Below are positions 1 to 10,824 of a stretch of DNA of 64,000 nucleotides, one piece after another. Each line of letters begins with the position of its first letter. The stretch's first letter is position 1. Origin of the DNA: Candidatus Margulisiibacteriota bacterium (GTDB lineage Bacteria > Margulisbacteria > Marinamargulisbacteria > JBFWNS01); NCBI GenBank assembly GCA_050250935.1, contig JBFWNS010000006.1, positions 64,001 to 128,000 of the forward strand, given 5' to 3'. The translations under genes were made by a program, and so were the position numbers. The notes under the pieces were generated by a model. That model worked only from the letters and a program-made list of their open reading frames with translations, was not told the origin of the DNA and made no database searches.

Positions 1-1
1 G

Positions 2-589
2 TTGCCCACCTTGGAAGGATCGCCTACCCGCAATCAAATTTTAATGGATTTGGATTCGGCCAAAAAGCAACTTCAAGCCGATAAGCTTTCCGGTGCCATG
101 GATCTTCTCACGGCGGTTGTGTCGCGGATCAAAGAGGAACAACGTCGGCAACTGATGCTGTTTTTTCCCGAAAAATGGGCGGATTTCACCCTTAAAGAAG
201 AGCTTAAAACCGACCTGTCTGCCCAATCAAACGACAGTTATGGGGTGATGCTGGTGCGTCATTATGCCAATAAAGACGGGGTCCGGGTTGATGTTTCTTT
301 GGTTCTCAATGACCCTGCCATCGAAGAATATGTAGGGTTGATTAAAAACCCCGACCAGATCAAAAAAATCGAAAACGCAGAGCTTATTCATGTTCGTGGG
401 GCGTCCAAAGCCCAATATTTGGGCATCCAGAAATTTTCGAAAGACCAACGATATTTGGAGCAAAACATTGTGGTGAACCCCGATATCTTGCTGAATATTG
501 TTGCGGATGGGGTTACCGATAAATCGGCTTTTGAGGCCCTGGTTGCGAAGGTGGATTTGGCAGGTATTGCCGCGTACCTAGACCGATAA
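2..589 (+). CDS. Hypothetical protein, probably 5'-truncated by the window edge
   Basis: Open frame from the window start to TAA at 587-589 with protein-like composition; no motif recognised. Confidence 0.7.
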   Translation: MPTLEGSPTRNQILMDLDSAKKQLQADKLSGAMDLLTAVVSRIKEEQRRQLMLFFPEKWADFTLKEELKTDLSAQSNDSYGVMLVRHYANKDGVRVDVSLVLNDPAIEEYVGLIKNPDQIKKIENAELIHVRGASKAQYLGIQKFSKDQRYLEQNIVVNPDILLNIVADGVTDKSAFEALVAKVDLAGIAAYLDR

Positions 590-640
590 TCAAAAGCCCT
601 TGAGCCGGGCTTGTTGGGTGTGTTATCATCCCCAGTCCTC

Positions 641-649
641 TGGTATACT
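641..649 (+). promoter_or_regulatory. Extended -10 promoter element for tRNA-Thr
   Basis: TG-G-TATACT ends 12 nt before the tRNA 5' end. Confidence 0.5.
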
Positions 650-661
650 CTTTTTTTGTAA

Positions 662-737
662 GCTCCTGTAGCTCAGTCGGTAGAGCGCATCCATGGTAAG
701 GATGAGGTCATCGGTTCGATCCCGTTCGGGAGCTCCA
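662..737 (+). tRNA. tRNA-Thr(GGT)
   Basis: Acceptor stem GCTCCTG/CGGGAGC, D arm GCTCAGTCGGTAGAGC, anticodon arm CATCC-ATGGTAA-GGATG, GGTTCGATCCC T arm, encoded CCA. Confidence 0.97.
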
Positions 738-766
738 TCGCCAGTGTGATTTTGTAGAAGGTAAAC

Positions 767-1435
767 ATGCACCCCCCCAATTTGCCAAAAGTTGTCATGC
801 CCAATTCGTCAAAAGTTGTCATGATTGATTACGGTGCTGGAAATCTGGCGAGTGTGCACCACATGGTGTTGCGTGTGGGTTACGATATGGTGGTCAGCGC
901 GGATCCCGCTGTTGTCGAGGCGGCAGATGTGGTTGTTTTTCCTGGGCAAGGTGCCTTTGGCGAGGCCATGGCGGCCCTAAACCGAACTGGTTTATCCGAT
1001 GTTCTTCGCCGTCATTTACAGGCAGAAAAACCGTATTTGGGCATTTGCTTAGGATTACAATTGTTGTTTGAAGGTTCAGAAGAAGCGCCCGGAGTGCCTG
1101 GATTGGGCGTGTTTCCCGGTCAAGTTAAGCGGTTTTCGATGTTGCCAAAAGCCCTTAAAATTCCCCACATGGGCTGGAATGCGGTTGAAGCAACAAACCC
1201 AAATAATCCGATGTTTGAAGGGGTGGATCAGGGGTATTTTTATTTTGTGCATTCGTACTATGTTCCCGAATTGTCGGACTCTTTGATGGCGGCTACCACG
1301 ACCTATGGCCATCGTTTTACCTCGGCCATTCAAACCGAATCGGTGTTGGCAGTGCAGTTTCACCCCGAAAAAAGCAGCGACAATGGTCATCGGTTGTTAA
1401 CCTCTTTTTTTAACCACAGTCTAGGGAGGATTTGA
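767..1435 (+). CDS. hisH: Imidazole glycerol phosphate synthase glutamine amidotransferase subunit
   Basis: IDYGAGNL, PGQGAF, GICLGLQ nucleophile Cys, PHMGWN, YFVHSY, QFHPEKS. Start could be 767, 797 or 821. Confidence 0.95.
   Translation: MHPPNLPKVVMPNSSKVVMIDYGAGNLASVHHMVLRVGYDMVVSADPAVVEAADVVVFPGQGAFGEAMAALNRTGLSDVLRRHLQAEKPYLGICLGLQLLFEGSEEAPGVPGLGVFPGQVKRFSMLPKALKIPHMGWNAVEATNPNNPMFEGVDQGYFYFVHSYYVPELSDSLMAATTTYGHRFTSAIQTESVLAVQFHPEKSSDNGHRLLTSFFNHSLGRI
776..823 (+). repeat. Two-copy 24-bp tandem repeat at the hisH 5' end
   Basis: CCCAATTTGCCAAAAGTTGTCATG (776-799) and CCCAATTCGTCAAAAGTTGTCATG (800-823), 22/24 identical. Confidence 0.85.
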
Positions 1436-2376
1436 TGGATCATTCACTACCCGTTTTATTCGACCGTTTAAGAAAAGAAGAAACCCGTTGGGACGCGATT
1501 TTAGAACTCAAAATGATGCATTTTCCTGGCATTGCCAAAGCCCTGGTGCATTCCCTTCGGGATCCTGATTGGGTTGTCCGATGGGCTGTTGCCGAAAAAT
1601 TGGGCGATCTCCAAGATCCCATTGCCCTGGAAGGGTTGTGCGGGCTTTTGGCGGACCCAGATGTCCACGTTAAGCAGAATGCGGTCAAATCTATCTTAAA
1701 ATTTGGTTTGGCGGCAGTTCCGGCGTTGGTGGCCCAGTTTGCCAATGTGGATCCCAAGGTCAGAAAAGAAGTTTTGGCCCTGCTGTTGAGCTTGGGCGAT
1801 GAGTGTATCTACGATTTGGAGCGGGTTCTTAAAAAACAAGATTGGGTGGTGGGCAATCGCATTGTCGATACCATTTGGCGGTTGGGTGGCGAAAAAGCAG
1901 AGGATGCTTTGATTCGTGCCTTGTCGTTTAAGCCAGTCCAAAAAAACGTCATCATGATGTTGGGGATGATGAATAGCAAAAAGTCTATTCCCCATCTGAT
2001 TCATTTGTTCGAGCATTCGGGTTTACGGCGGTTGATTCTTTATACCCTGGCCAGGCTTGGCGAAGACGAGGTTGCGCCGCAGTTGATTAAGGCTCTAAGC
2101 CATCCTGATCAGGCGCTAATGGCCAAGGCGTTGATTGTTAAAATGGGAACGCCGATGTTGCCCTTTTTATTGAAGGCCTTGACCAAAAAAAGCAGTTTAC
2201 GACCCACATTGTTGGGTCTGATTGAACGCATTGGTCCTCAAAAAGCCATGCCGATTTTGCACAAGTTGGCTCAGAAGGATTCGGAAATCAAAGACCTTAC
2301 CAAGGCTTTGCGTAAAAAGTATCCCGATAAAGAAGCCCAAGATCCCTTGAGTTCGTTATTGGGTATTTTTAAATAA
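1435..2376 (+). CDS. HEAT/PBS-lyase-like repeat protein
   Basis: Repeated L-x-D-x-D-xx-VR-xx-A-xx-LG helical motifs; TGATG overlap with the hisH stop. Confidence 0.8.
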   Translation: MDHSLPVLFDRLRKEETRWDAILELKMMHFPGIAKALVHSLRDPDWVVRWAVAEKLGDLQDPIALEGLCGLLADPDVHVKQNAVKSILKFGLAAVPALVAQFANVDPKVRKEVLALLLSLGDECIYDLERVLKKQDWVVGNRIVDTIWRLGGEKAEDALIRALSFKPVQKNVIMMLGMMNSKKSIPHLIHLFEHSGLRRLILYTLARLGEDEVAPQLIKALSHPDQALMAKALIVKMGTPMLPFLLKALTKKSSLRPTLLGLIERIGPQKAMPILHKLAQKDSEIKDLTKALRKKYPDKEAQDPLSSLLGIFK

Positions 2377-2379
2377 CGT

Positions 2380-4562
<2,183 letters not shown>

Positions 4563-4564
4563 GC

Positions 4565-4864
4565 CTAGACGTGAAGTCGGTTGTTGCAAGATCCGCAGGT
4601 GGTGGCGCCTGCTGGGTTGTCATGCCCGCATTTCGAGCATAAAACAGGGTTGGGCAGGGTTTCTTTGCTACCCATGGGGTTGCTCATTCGAATAAACGAG
4701 GCGTTACGCAAAACCAAGTACAAGGGAATGGCAACAATGGGCAGAAAAAAAACGCCAAGCAACACAATGGCGATAATGGTCCAAGAGACATTGCGACGTT
4801 TCAGGTCGGCCAAAATGGTCAACATGGTGGCCACCAACAAGCACAAGAGCAGGGTTTGGATCAT
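4565..4864 (-). CDS. Small membrane protein with a C-terminal zinc ribbon
   Basis: Two hydrophobic helices, then CSKCGHDNPAGATTCGSC (CxxC-x10-CxxC); ATGA overlap with rsbW. Confidence 0.8.
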   Translation of the reverse strand: MIQTLLLCLLVATMLTILADLKRRNVSWTIIAIVLLGVFFLPIVAIPLYLVLRNASFIRMSNPMGSKETLPNPVLCSKCGHDNPAGATTCGSCNNRLHV

Positions 4865-5292
4865 GTCACTGGGGTCAGGGTTTTGCTAATGCGAACCGTG
4901 GTTCCTTTTCCGGGTTCAGATTCGATGGAGGCTTCAGACATCAGACTCTGGATGAAGGCCAATCCCAAACCCAGTCCCAATTTTTCTTCGGAGGCTTGTT
5001 TTTGTTCCGGGGTTCCAAGAGAACTCATGTTAAACCCTTTGCCCTGGTCTTTGACGACAATTTCCAATCGGTCTTCATGGCAGTAGCAGTCGATATCGAT
5101 GCGGCCTTCATGGGCTTCATAGGCGTGTTGAACGGCGTTGGTGCAGGCTTCGGATACGGCAATTTTAATGTCTTCGATTTCTTCAACCGTAAAATTCATC
5201 CGAGAGGCCAACCCCGATAGGGCAAGCCGAACCACGCCCACATAGTCGGACATTGCAGGAATCGTAAGATGAATGTGCTGGGTTTGGGTCAT
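4861..5292 (-). CDS. rsbW: Anti-sigma factor / serine kinase, RsbW/SpoIIAB family
   Basis: IEDIKIAVSEACTNAVQHAY N-box, DQGKGF, GLGLAFI, GTTV; SD AAGGAGG before ATG 5292. Confidence 0.9.
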   Translation of the reverse strand: MTQTQHIHLTIPAMSDYVGVVRLALSGLASRMNFTVEEIEDIKIAVSEACTNAVQHAYEAHEGRIDIDCYCHEDRLEIVVKDQGKGFNMSSLGTPEQKQASEEKLGLGLGLAFIQSLMSEASIESEPGKGTTVRISKTLTPVT

Positions 5293-5305
5293 AACAACAT
5301 CCTCC

Positions 5306-5662
5306 TTAAAGTTTGGCATGGGCGTTTTGAAAATCGGTTTCATGTTTGAACAGCTGAATATTTCGCTTGGTTAAGCCAGAAATCGACAACACTTTTTCAA
5401 CTTGGGGTTTGCTGGAAATAATGGAAATGGCCCCGTTTTTTTCGGCCAATCGCTTGGCGAAATGGGCAATGGTGCCCAGGCCAGTACTGTCGAGATAGTG
5501 GATGTCTTCAAGGTTAAGGGCCAGAGTGGACGCGCCGCTTTCGGTGACGGATTCAAGGGCTTTTCGTAGGTCAGGGCAGGTATACACATCAAGGTCGCCT
5601 CGAACGTGCAACACGGGAATCTGTTGCCATTGCGACTCTTCAACACTGAAGTTCAGGACCAT
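5306..5662 (-). CDS. rsbV: Anti-anti-sigma factor (STAS), RsbV/SpoIIAA family
   Basis: GDLDVYT and YLDSTGLG (phosphorylatable Ser); adjacent to rsbW; SD AGGAG. Confidence 0.9.
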   Translation of the reverse strand: MVLNFSVEESQWQQIPVLHVRGDLDVYTCPDLRKALESVTESGASTLALNLEDIHYLDSTGLGTIAHFAKRLAEKNGAISIISSKPQVEKVLSISGLTKRNIQLFKHETDFQNAHAKL

Positions 5663-5692
5663 AGCAGTATTCTCCTAGAAGATGATCCCGAA

Positions 5693-5780
5693 AGTATACC
5701 GCAGCCGTTGTTGTGTTGTCACTTTTTTTTGATAATCTTCAGACGGTCTTCGTGACATTTCGGTCAAAATAAAGTATAAC
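5693..5780. promoter_or_regulatory. Back-to-back sigma70-type promoters (rsbV; small HTH-rpiB)
   Basis: Minus: GTGACA(5722-5717)-18-TATACT(5698-5693). Plus: GTGACA(5752-5757)-17-TATAAC(5775-5780). Confidence 0.55.
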
Positions 5781-5826
5781 TCATTCCACTATTGTCCGAA
5801 AAAATTTACAGTAAAAGAGGTGAAGC

Positions 5827-6009
5827 ATGCCGAAAATTATCAAAGATAAGATTGACTACGATAAAGTCATTCGACGGTTAAATGAAGTGGGTAACTTAAG
5901 TCAGGTTTGCTTGGAATTGGATATCCCATTGGAATTTTTTCGGTCTCGTTTAAAACGTGACAAACTCAAAATTGTTAAGCAATATTCCTTAACGTCTGTA
6001 GAGGAATAA
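5827..6009 (+). CDS. Small Fis-like helix-turn-helix protein (paralog 1)
   Basis: SD GAGGTG; GNLSQVCLELDIPLEFFRSRLK resembles a Fis-type HTH; aligns with 10493-10684. Confidence 0.75.
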   Translation: MPKIIKDKIDYDKVIRRLNEVGNLSQVCLELDIPLEFFRSRLKRDKLKIVKQYSLTSVEE

Positions 6010-6010
6010 C

Positions 6011-6448
6011 ATGGTCTCACTTGTTCTGGGTTCGGACCATGGTGGTTTTGAACTCAAAGAGAGACTGAAGCAGCACCTTATTCAAACGCATCCGGAAGTC
6101 GAGGTTGTGGATTTGGGAACCCATTCGACAGCTTCTGTGGACTATCCGGACTTTGCCAAGTCCGTTGCCCATGCCATTTTGGGCGGGAAGGCTGCTTTGG
6201 GCGTTTTGGTTTGTGGTACCGGCATTGGAATTTCTATTGCGGCGAATCGGTTTGATGGGATTCGCGCGGCGTTGGTTCATAATGCCTTTACGGCCGAAAT
6301 GGCCAAAGCCCATAACAACGCTAATGTGTTGTGTTTGGGGGGGAGAACCACCGAACCAGACTTGGCCTGTCAGCTGGTGGATATTTGGCTTAAAACCCCT
6401 TTTGAAGGAGGCCGACACCAAGGTCGGTTGGATAAGCTACGGGTTTAA
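6011..6448 (+). CDS. rpiB: Ribose-5-phosphate isomerase B
   Basis: GSDHGG, VDYPD, CGTGIG, HNNANVL, FEGGRH. Confidence 0.96.
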   Translation: MVSLVLGSDHGGFELKERLKQHLIQTHPEVEVVDLGTHSTASVDYPDFAKSVAHAILGGKAALGVLVCGTGIGISIAANRFDGIRAALVHNAFTAEMAKAHNNANVLCLGGRTTEPDLACQLVDIWLKTPFEGGRHQGRLDKLRV

Positions 6449-7623
6449 AGGTGCCAGGTTAGGTCTTCGTGTAAGACGTGGTAAGCCCAGATAAATAGCC
6501 CAGAAGACCAGGCAAACCCTTCTTCGCTTTTGTAAAAAAGTCGGTTGACGGGTTTTCCTTGGTCATAAACCTCGTAGACCCCGTTGTTGCGGAGTATCAG
6601 GTCCGCAATTTGGAGCAGGCTGTTGTGGGCTTGGTCTTTCAGGCCCATTTGGAACTCGGCAACCGCATTCAGGCAGCCCAACCACAGCCAGCGCATGCCG
6701 TTGTGATAATCGTGTAGCCCAATCAGGCGAAACGGAAAAAACACCAGGTTCTTGCGGTAGGTTGGGAAATTGGTTTGGATACAGCCTTCGTTTTCCATTT
6801 GGTGTTCTGCGATGGTGTCTAAAATAAGCTTGGCTTGCTCGGGTGTAGCCAGCCCTAGGACAATGGCTAACAGGTTGCCGTCGGTTGCAAAATAGCAGTG
6901 TTTTTCCCCGTCTTGGGAAATCCAATCGATAAAATAGCGGTTTTCCCAAAAGGCTTTGTTGAGCTCGGTTTTGAGGTGTTCCTGTTTTTTGTGGGCCAGC
7001 TCTGCGGCGTGGGTGTTGCCATTGCGCTTGGCCAGGGTTTCAAAGCAGCTTTGGGCTTTCCAGAACAACACATTGGTGTACAGAACAGCCCCTTGTTTGC
7101 GGGTGCTATCGGCCCAGCCGGCATAGGGCCCTTCTTGAACAAAGGCATTTCGGTCTTCGTGCTGATGCTCGAGCCAGGTTATGGCTTTTTGCAGGGGTTT
7201 AAAATATCGGTCTAAAAAGGCGGGATCTTGGGCAACCTCGACATAAAGTTGGGCCAAAATGAGGGTTAAGGCATTGCCATCGACGACCAAAGAAACCCCT
7301 TTGTCTTCCCGGTACCTTGGCTCTGGGGTTCCAGAATAACCAAACAAAAACTTTAGCAAAAAATGAACTTGTCCAACCCGAACCGGTAAATGGCCAGAGG
7401 GGTCTTGGTTGTCCAAAATGGTACACAGCGATTGCCGGACAGCTTTGTAATCGCCCAGGCATAAACTGCCCAGACCGGCATAGCAGGCATCTCGGGTCCA
7501 CAGGTCCGAAAAATGGCGTTTTCCCGCTTGGATTCCCAGTGGCGAATACCGATCTTTCAGGGTTTTGGTGGCAATGACTAGGGCTTTGCGGAGGGTGGAT
7601 TCCTTAGGGCTTAATGATGCCAT
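6445..7623 (-). CDS. Six-hairpin glycoside hydrolase (amylo-alpha-1,6-glucosidase/GH100-like)
   Basis: LWTRDA, WADS, DGNLLAI, YHNGMRWLW and FAWSSG motifs of (alpha/alpha)6 glycosidases. Confidence 0.7.
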   Translation of the reverse strand: MASLSPKESTLRKALVIATKTLKDRYSPLGIQAGKRHFSDLWTRDACYAGLGSLCLGDYKAVRQSLCTILDNQDPSGHLPVRVGQVHFLLKFLFGYSGTPEPRYREDKGVSLVVDGNALTLILAQLYVEVAQDPAFLDRYFKPLQKAITWLEHQHEDRNAFVQEGPYAGWADSTRKQGAVLYTNVLFWKAQSCFETLAKRNGNTHAAELAHKKQEHLKTELNKAFWENRYFIDWISQDGEKHCYFATDGNLLAIVLGLATPEQAKLILDTIAEHQMENEGCIQTNFPTYRKNLVFFPFRLIGLHDYHNGMRWLWLGCLNAVAEFQMGLKDQAHNSLLQIADLILRNNGVYEVYDQGKPVNRLFYKSEEGFAWSSGLFIWAYHVLHEDLTWHL

Positions 7624-9454
7624 GAATCATCCAATCCAATTTCCCTTTCAAAAGGTGTTTGCTGACGGTTTCCAGGCTTCGGGTTGAATTGCAGCAAACC
7701 GCTTTAAAGTGCCCTCGAATCCGTTTTCGGGCTTGGCGGCAGAATAAATCCACCACGTCTTGGATGGTTTCGTCCCCACCTTTTGCCAGAAGCGCTTCGG
7801 CCCGAGACAGGCTAGAGGCCATGGCAAACAGGTCGGTGCCAATGTCGACAAATTGGGCCAAAAGCAGCTGTTCTTTTTCCAGACGTGTTTGATACAAAGC
7901 CATGGTATGAAACAAAGACCTGGCCAATTTTTTAGAGGTTTTATGTATGAAGCGAAGGTGTTTTCGGTTTTTGCAATTCAAGTGTTGAGTGCCATAAGCT
8001 TTGGGGAGGCTAACCCATTGTTTGGGATACCAGAGGGCGTAAAAACAAAAGGCATCTAGGCCCAGTTTTAGCTTTTCTTTAAGGCTGGCTTTGGGGTTCA
8101 TCAGGCCCATCAGACGACGCACGTGGGTGTCCATGGCTTCTCTTGCGATAAACAGTTGCATGACCTCGCTGGTGCCTTCAATGATGCGGTTGATACGCAG
8201 GTCTCGCAGCACCCGTTCCACCGGATATGCGGCTTCGCCACGGCGTTGTAAAGAAGAGGCTGTTTCAAAACCTCTGCCCCCTCGAATTTGTAGAGTTTCG
8301 TCGGCCACAGTCCAGGCTTTTTCGGAACAGAAATATTTGGCCATGGCAGCTTCAAGGCGAATATCTGCGTTGGCCTGATCGGCGAAGGTGGCGGTTAGGC
8401 TGCTAACGCTTTCCATGGCAAAGGTATCGGCGGCCATGGTGGCCAATTTTTGGGCAACCGCTTGGTGTTCGCCAATAGGAGCTCCCCATTGAACCCGCTC
8501 GTTCGACCATTTTTTGGCCACTTCCAAACACCATTTTCCAGAGGCTGCCGAAATGGCTGGAATGGTCAGTCGGCCTGCGTTCAAGGTCACAAATGCGATT
8601 TTAAGACCCTGTCCCAGTCCGCCAATGATGTTTTCTTTGGGGACTTTGACATTGGTAAAACGCAAATGACCGTTGGCTATGCCACGAATGCCCATAAACG
8701 ACGAGCGGTGTACAACCTCGAATCCGGGGGTGTTGCTTTCCACAATAAAGGCCGTAATTTGCTGCTTTTCTTTGCCGTTGACGAGTTTGGGAGGGGTCAA
8801 GGCCATCACCACCAACACATCGGCTTCGGGGCCGTTGGTGCAATACAATTTGTTGCCATTTAAAATATAGTGGTTGCCATCCTCGGTGGGTGTTGCCGTG
8901 GTGGTCATTCGGGCAGGGTCAGACCCGACATCGGGTTCGGTTAAGGCAAAGGCCGAAATATCGCCTTTGGCCAAACGGGGCAGGTATTTTTCTTTTTGTT
9001 CGTGGGTGCCAAACAGCTTCAGCGGTTGGGGAACCCCAATGCTTTGGTGGGCCGACAGCCAAACCGCCGTAGAGCCGCACCAGCTGCCCACCAGGGCCAT
9101 GGCTCGGGTGTAGTTTTCAACGCTCAAGCCCATGCCGCCATATTCTTTGGCAATCTTCATGCCAAAATACCCTTTGTCGCCCAAGGCTTTCAGTGCTTCT
9201 TTGGGGACGTGTTGTTCGGTGTCAATTTGGTCGGGGTTAATGTGGGCTTTGAGGTCTTTTTCTAGTTCGGCCAAAACCTGGTCGCCAATGGCTTTGTCGC
9301 TTTCTGATTGCGTTGGGTAGGGATGAATCAAGTCCCAGCGGAAATTTCCTTTAAACAGTTCGCCAACAAAGCTTTCAAATCGCCATTCGGTTTCTCGGGA
9401 ATCTTCGGCCAAATCAAGGGCTTTTTGCTTGTCCTGGTTGTCGGAAAGTTGCAT
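7604..9454 (-). CDS. Acyl-CoA dehydrogenase, long VLCAD-like form
   Basis: AFALTEPDVGSD, LNGNKLYCTNG, LQIRGGRG, RIIEGTSEV, plus a C-terminal helical extension. Confidence 0.93.
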   Translation of the reverse strand: MQLSDNQDKQKALDLAEDSRETEWRFESFVGELFKGNFRWDLIHPYPTQSESDKAIGDQVLAELEKDLKAHINPDQIDTEQHVPKEALKALGDKGYFGMKIAKEYGGMGLSVENYTRAMALVGSWCGSTAVWLSAHQSIGVPQPLKLFGTHEQKEKYLPRLAKGDISAFALTEPDVGSDPARMTTTATPTEDGNHYILNGNKLYCTNGPEADVLVVMALTPPKLVNGKEKQQITAFIVESNTPGFEVVHRSSFMGIRGIANGHLRFTNVKVPKENIIGGLGQGLKIAFVTLNAGRLTIPAISAASGKWCLEVAKKWSNERVQWGAPIGEHQAVAQKLATMAADTFAMESVSSLTATFADQANADIRLEAAMAKYFCSEKAWTVADETLQIRGGRGFETASSLQRRGEAAYPVERVLRDLRINRIIEGTSEVMQLFIAREAMDTHVRRLMGLMNPKASLKEKLKLGLDAFCFYALWYPKQWVSLPKAYGTQHLNCKNRKHLRFIHKTSKKLARSLFHTMALYQTRLEKEQLLLAQFVDIGTDLFAMASSLSRAEALLAKGGDETIQDVVDLFCRQARKRIRGHFKAVCCNSTRSLETVSKHLLKGKLDWMIHGIIKP

Positions 9455-9551
9455 GGAAAAATCTCCTGAAAATAGGGTGGGAATCGGAACTTAAAGTAAA
9501 CCACAGATTACCCCCTTTTGTAAAAATTTAAACCCCCCTAGAATACCAAGC

Positions 9552-10502
9552 ATGGTTCACTTTATTTTTGGCGAAGAAACCTTTTTGGTTGAAGAGGCGT
9601 TTCAAGCGGTTTGTCGGGCCTATCCCAAGGCCGATAAATTGGTGTTTGAAGGTAAGTTTGATGTTGAAAAACTGGTTCAATCCGCTTTGGGACTCTCGCT
9701 TTTTTCGCCTCAAAAATTGTTAATTTTGAAGTCGCCTTTCTTTTTGAATGGGACTGTTTCGGATTCCGAACAAAAGCGACTGGAGGCGTTTTTTCAAGAT
9801 GCCCAGCAGTCTCCGAATGCGGTTGTGATTGTGGTTCCTGGAACTCTGGATCAGCGCCGAAAATGGGTTCAATTCCTTAAAAAGAATGCCAAGGTCCAGG
9901 ACTGTATTCCCTTCAAAGATTGGGAACAAGCGAAGGTCATGCAATGGATGGTGGATCGCCTCAAAAGTCGGGGTAAAACCATTGCCCAAGAGGCCTTGTT
10001 TATGTTGGAACAAATGGGCGGAACCCAGCTTAGTCATTTGGCTTCAGAGTTGGATAAGGTGTTGGTTTACAGTGGCACGGCCGTTCATATCACCGCCCAA
10101 GATGTCCAGGCGGTGTGCTCGCCAGCGGGGTCCAGTTTGTATCGGTTGTCCGAGGCCATGAAAAAAAAGCAGGTCCCGCACATGTTGGCGGCTTTACAGC
10201 GTTTGCTAGAGGATGGGGAAGAACCCATTCGGTTGTTGGGGTATTTTGCCACACAGATCCGGTTTTATCTTCAATTGCTGGATTTGCATCAGGCCAGAAA
10301 GTCGCCGCAAGAGATGGCGCAATTGTTGGGTAAAAATCCGTTTTTCATCCAAAAGATGTTGCCGGATATTGCCAAGGCCTACACCATCGATACGCTTAAA
10401 AAGCGCTATAAACAGCTACACGAAACCGATCTGTTGATTAAAACAGGTCGCTGCAACCCCAAATATGGTTTGGAATTATTCGTGATCGATTTTCAGAGCT
10501 GA
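9552..10502 (+). CDS. holA: DNA polymerase III delta subunit
   Basis: FIFGEETFLVEE, SLFSPQKLLIL, LASELDKV, ETDLLIKTG. Confidence 0.9.
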   Translation: MVHFIFGEETFLVEEAFQAVCRAYPKADKLVFEGKFDVEKLVQSALGLSLFSPQKLLILKSPFFLNGTVSDSEQKRLEAFFQDAQQSPNAVVIVVPGTLDQRRKWVQFLKKNAKVQDCIPFKDWEQAKVMQWMVDRLKSRGKTIAQEALFMLEQMGGTQLSHLASELDKVLVYSGTAVHITAQDVQAVCSPAGSSLYRLSEAMKKKQVPHMLAALQRLLEDGEEPIRLLGYFATQIRFYLQLLDLHQARKSPQEMAQLLGKNPFFIQKMLPDIAKAYTIDTLKKRYKQLHETDLLIKTGRCNPKYGLELFVIDFQS

Positions 10503-10684
10503 TCGGTCGTGTCGATTTTGCGTAGTTCAAAACGCTTAATCAAGTCGTATCCATGAAGCTTAAGTTTTTGCCTCAAGGATGTGTCCGACAAACCAAACTC
10601 CGCACATGCCATGCTAATGTTGCCGAGCGAATTCAGCCGATCCATTAGACGGTCGATGTCCACCTCTTTTGCTTTACGTCCCAT
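10493..10684 (-). CDS. Small Fis-like helix-turn-helix protein (paralog 2), probably leaderless
   Basis: ATG 10684 gives 63 aa; GNISMACAEFGLSDTSLRQKLKLHG resembles a Fis HTH; aligns with 5827-6009. Confidence 0.75.
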   Translation of the reverse strand: MGRKAKEVDIDRLMDRLNSLGNISMACAEFGLSDTSLRQKLKLHGYDLIKRFELRKIDTTDQL

Positions 10685-10687
10685 GGG

Positions 10688-10781
10688 GCGGATTATATCA
10701 AGGGCCTGTCTTGAAATGCAATCATCACCTTTTGTACTCAATTTTGGGTTTTCAGAATAAGGTATCCTTGTTATAATCCGC
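10688..10781. promoter_or_regulatory. Divergent extended -10 promoters sharing a 16-bp inverted sequence
   Basis: CCTTGATATAATCCGC on minus (10703-10688, with TTGCAT -35 at 10721-10716) and CCTTGTTATAATCCGC on plus (10766-10781). Confidence 0.65.
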
Positions 10782-10824
10782 ATCTGTTTTTAAAAATCAA
10801 TATTACGAAAATGGATCAATAATC

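Noticed and set aside
662..830. Integrated element at tRNA-Thr (or at tRNA-Pro)
   Set aside because: No integrase, no duplicated tRNA 3' end seen, and core genes follow both tRNAs.
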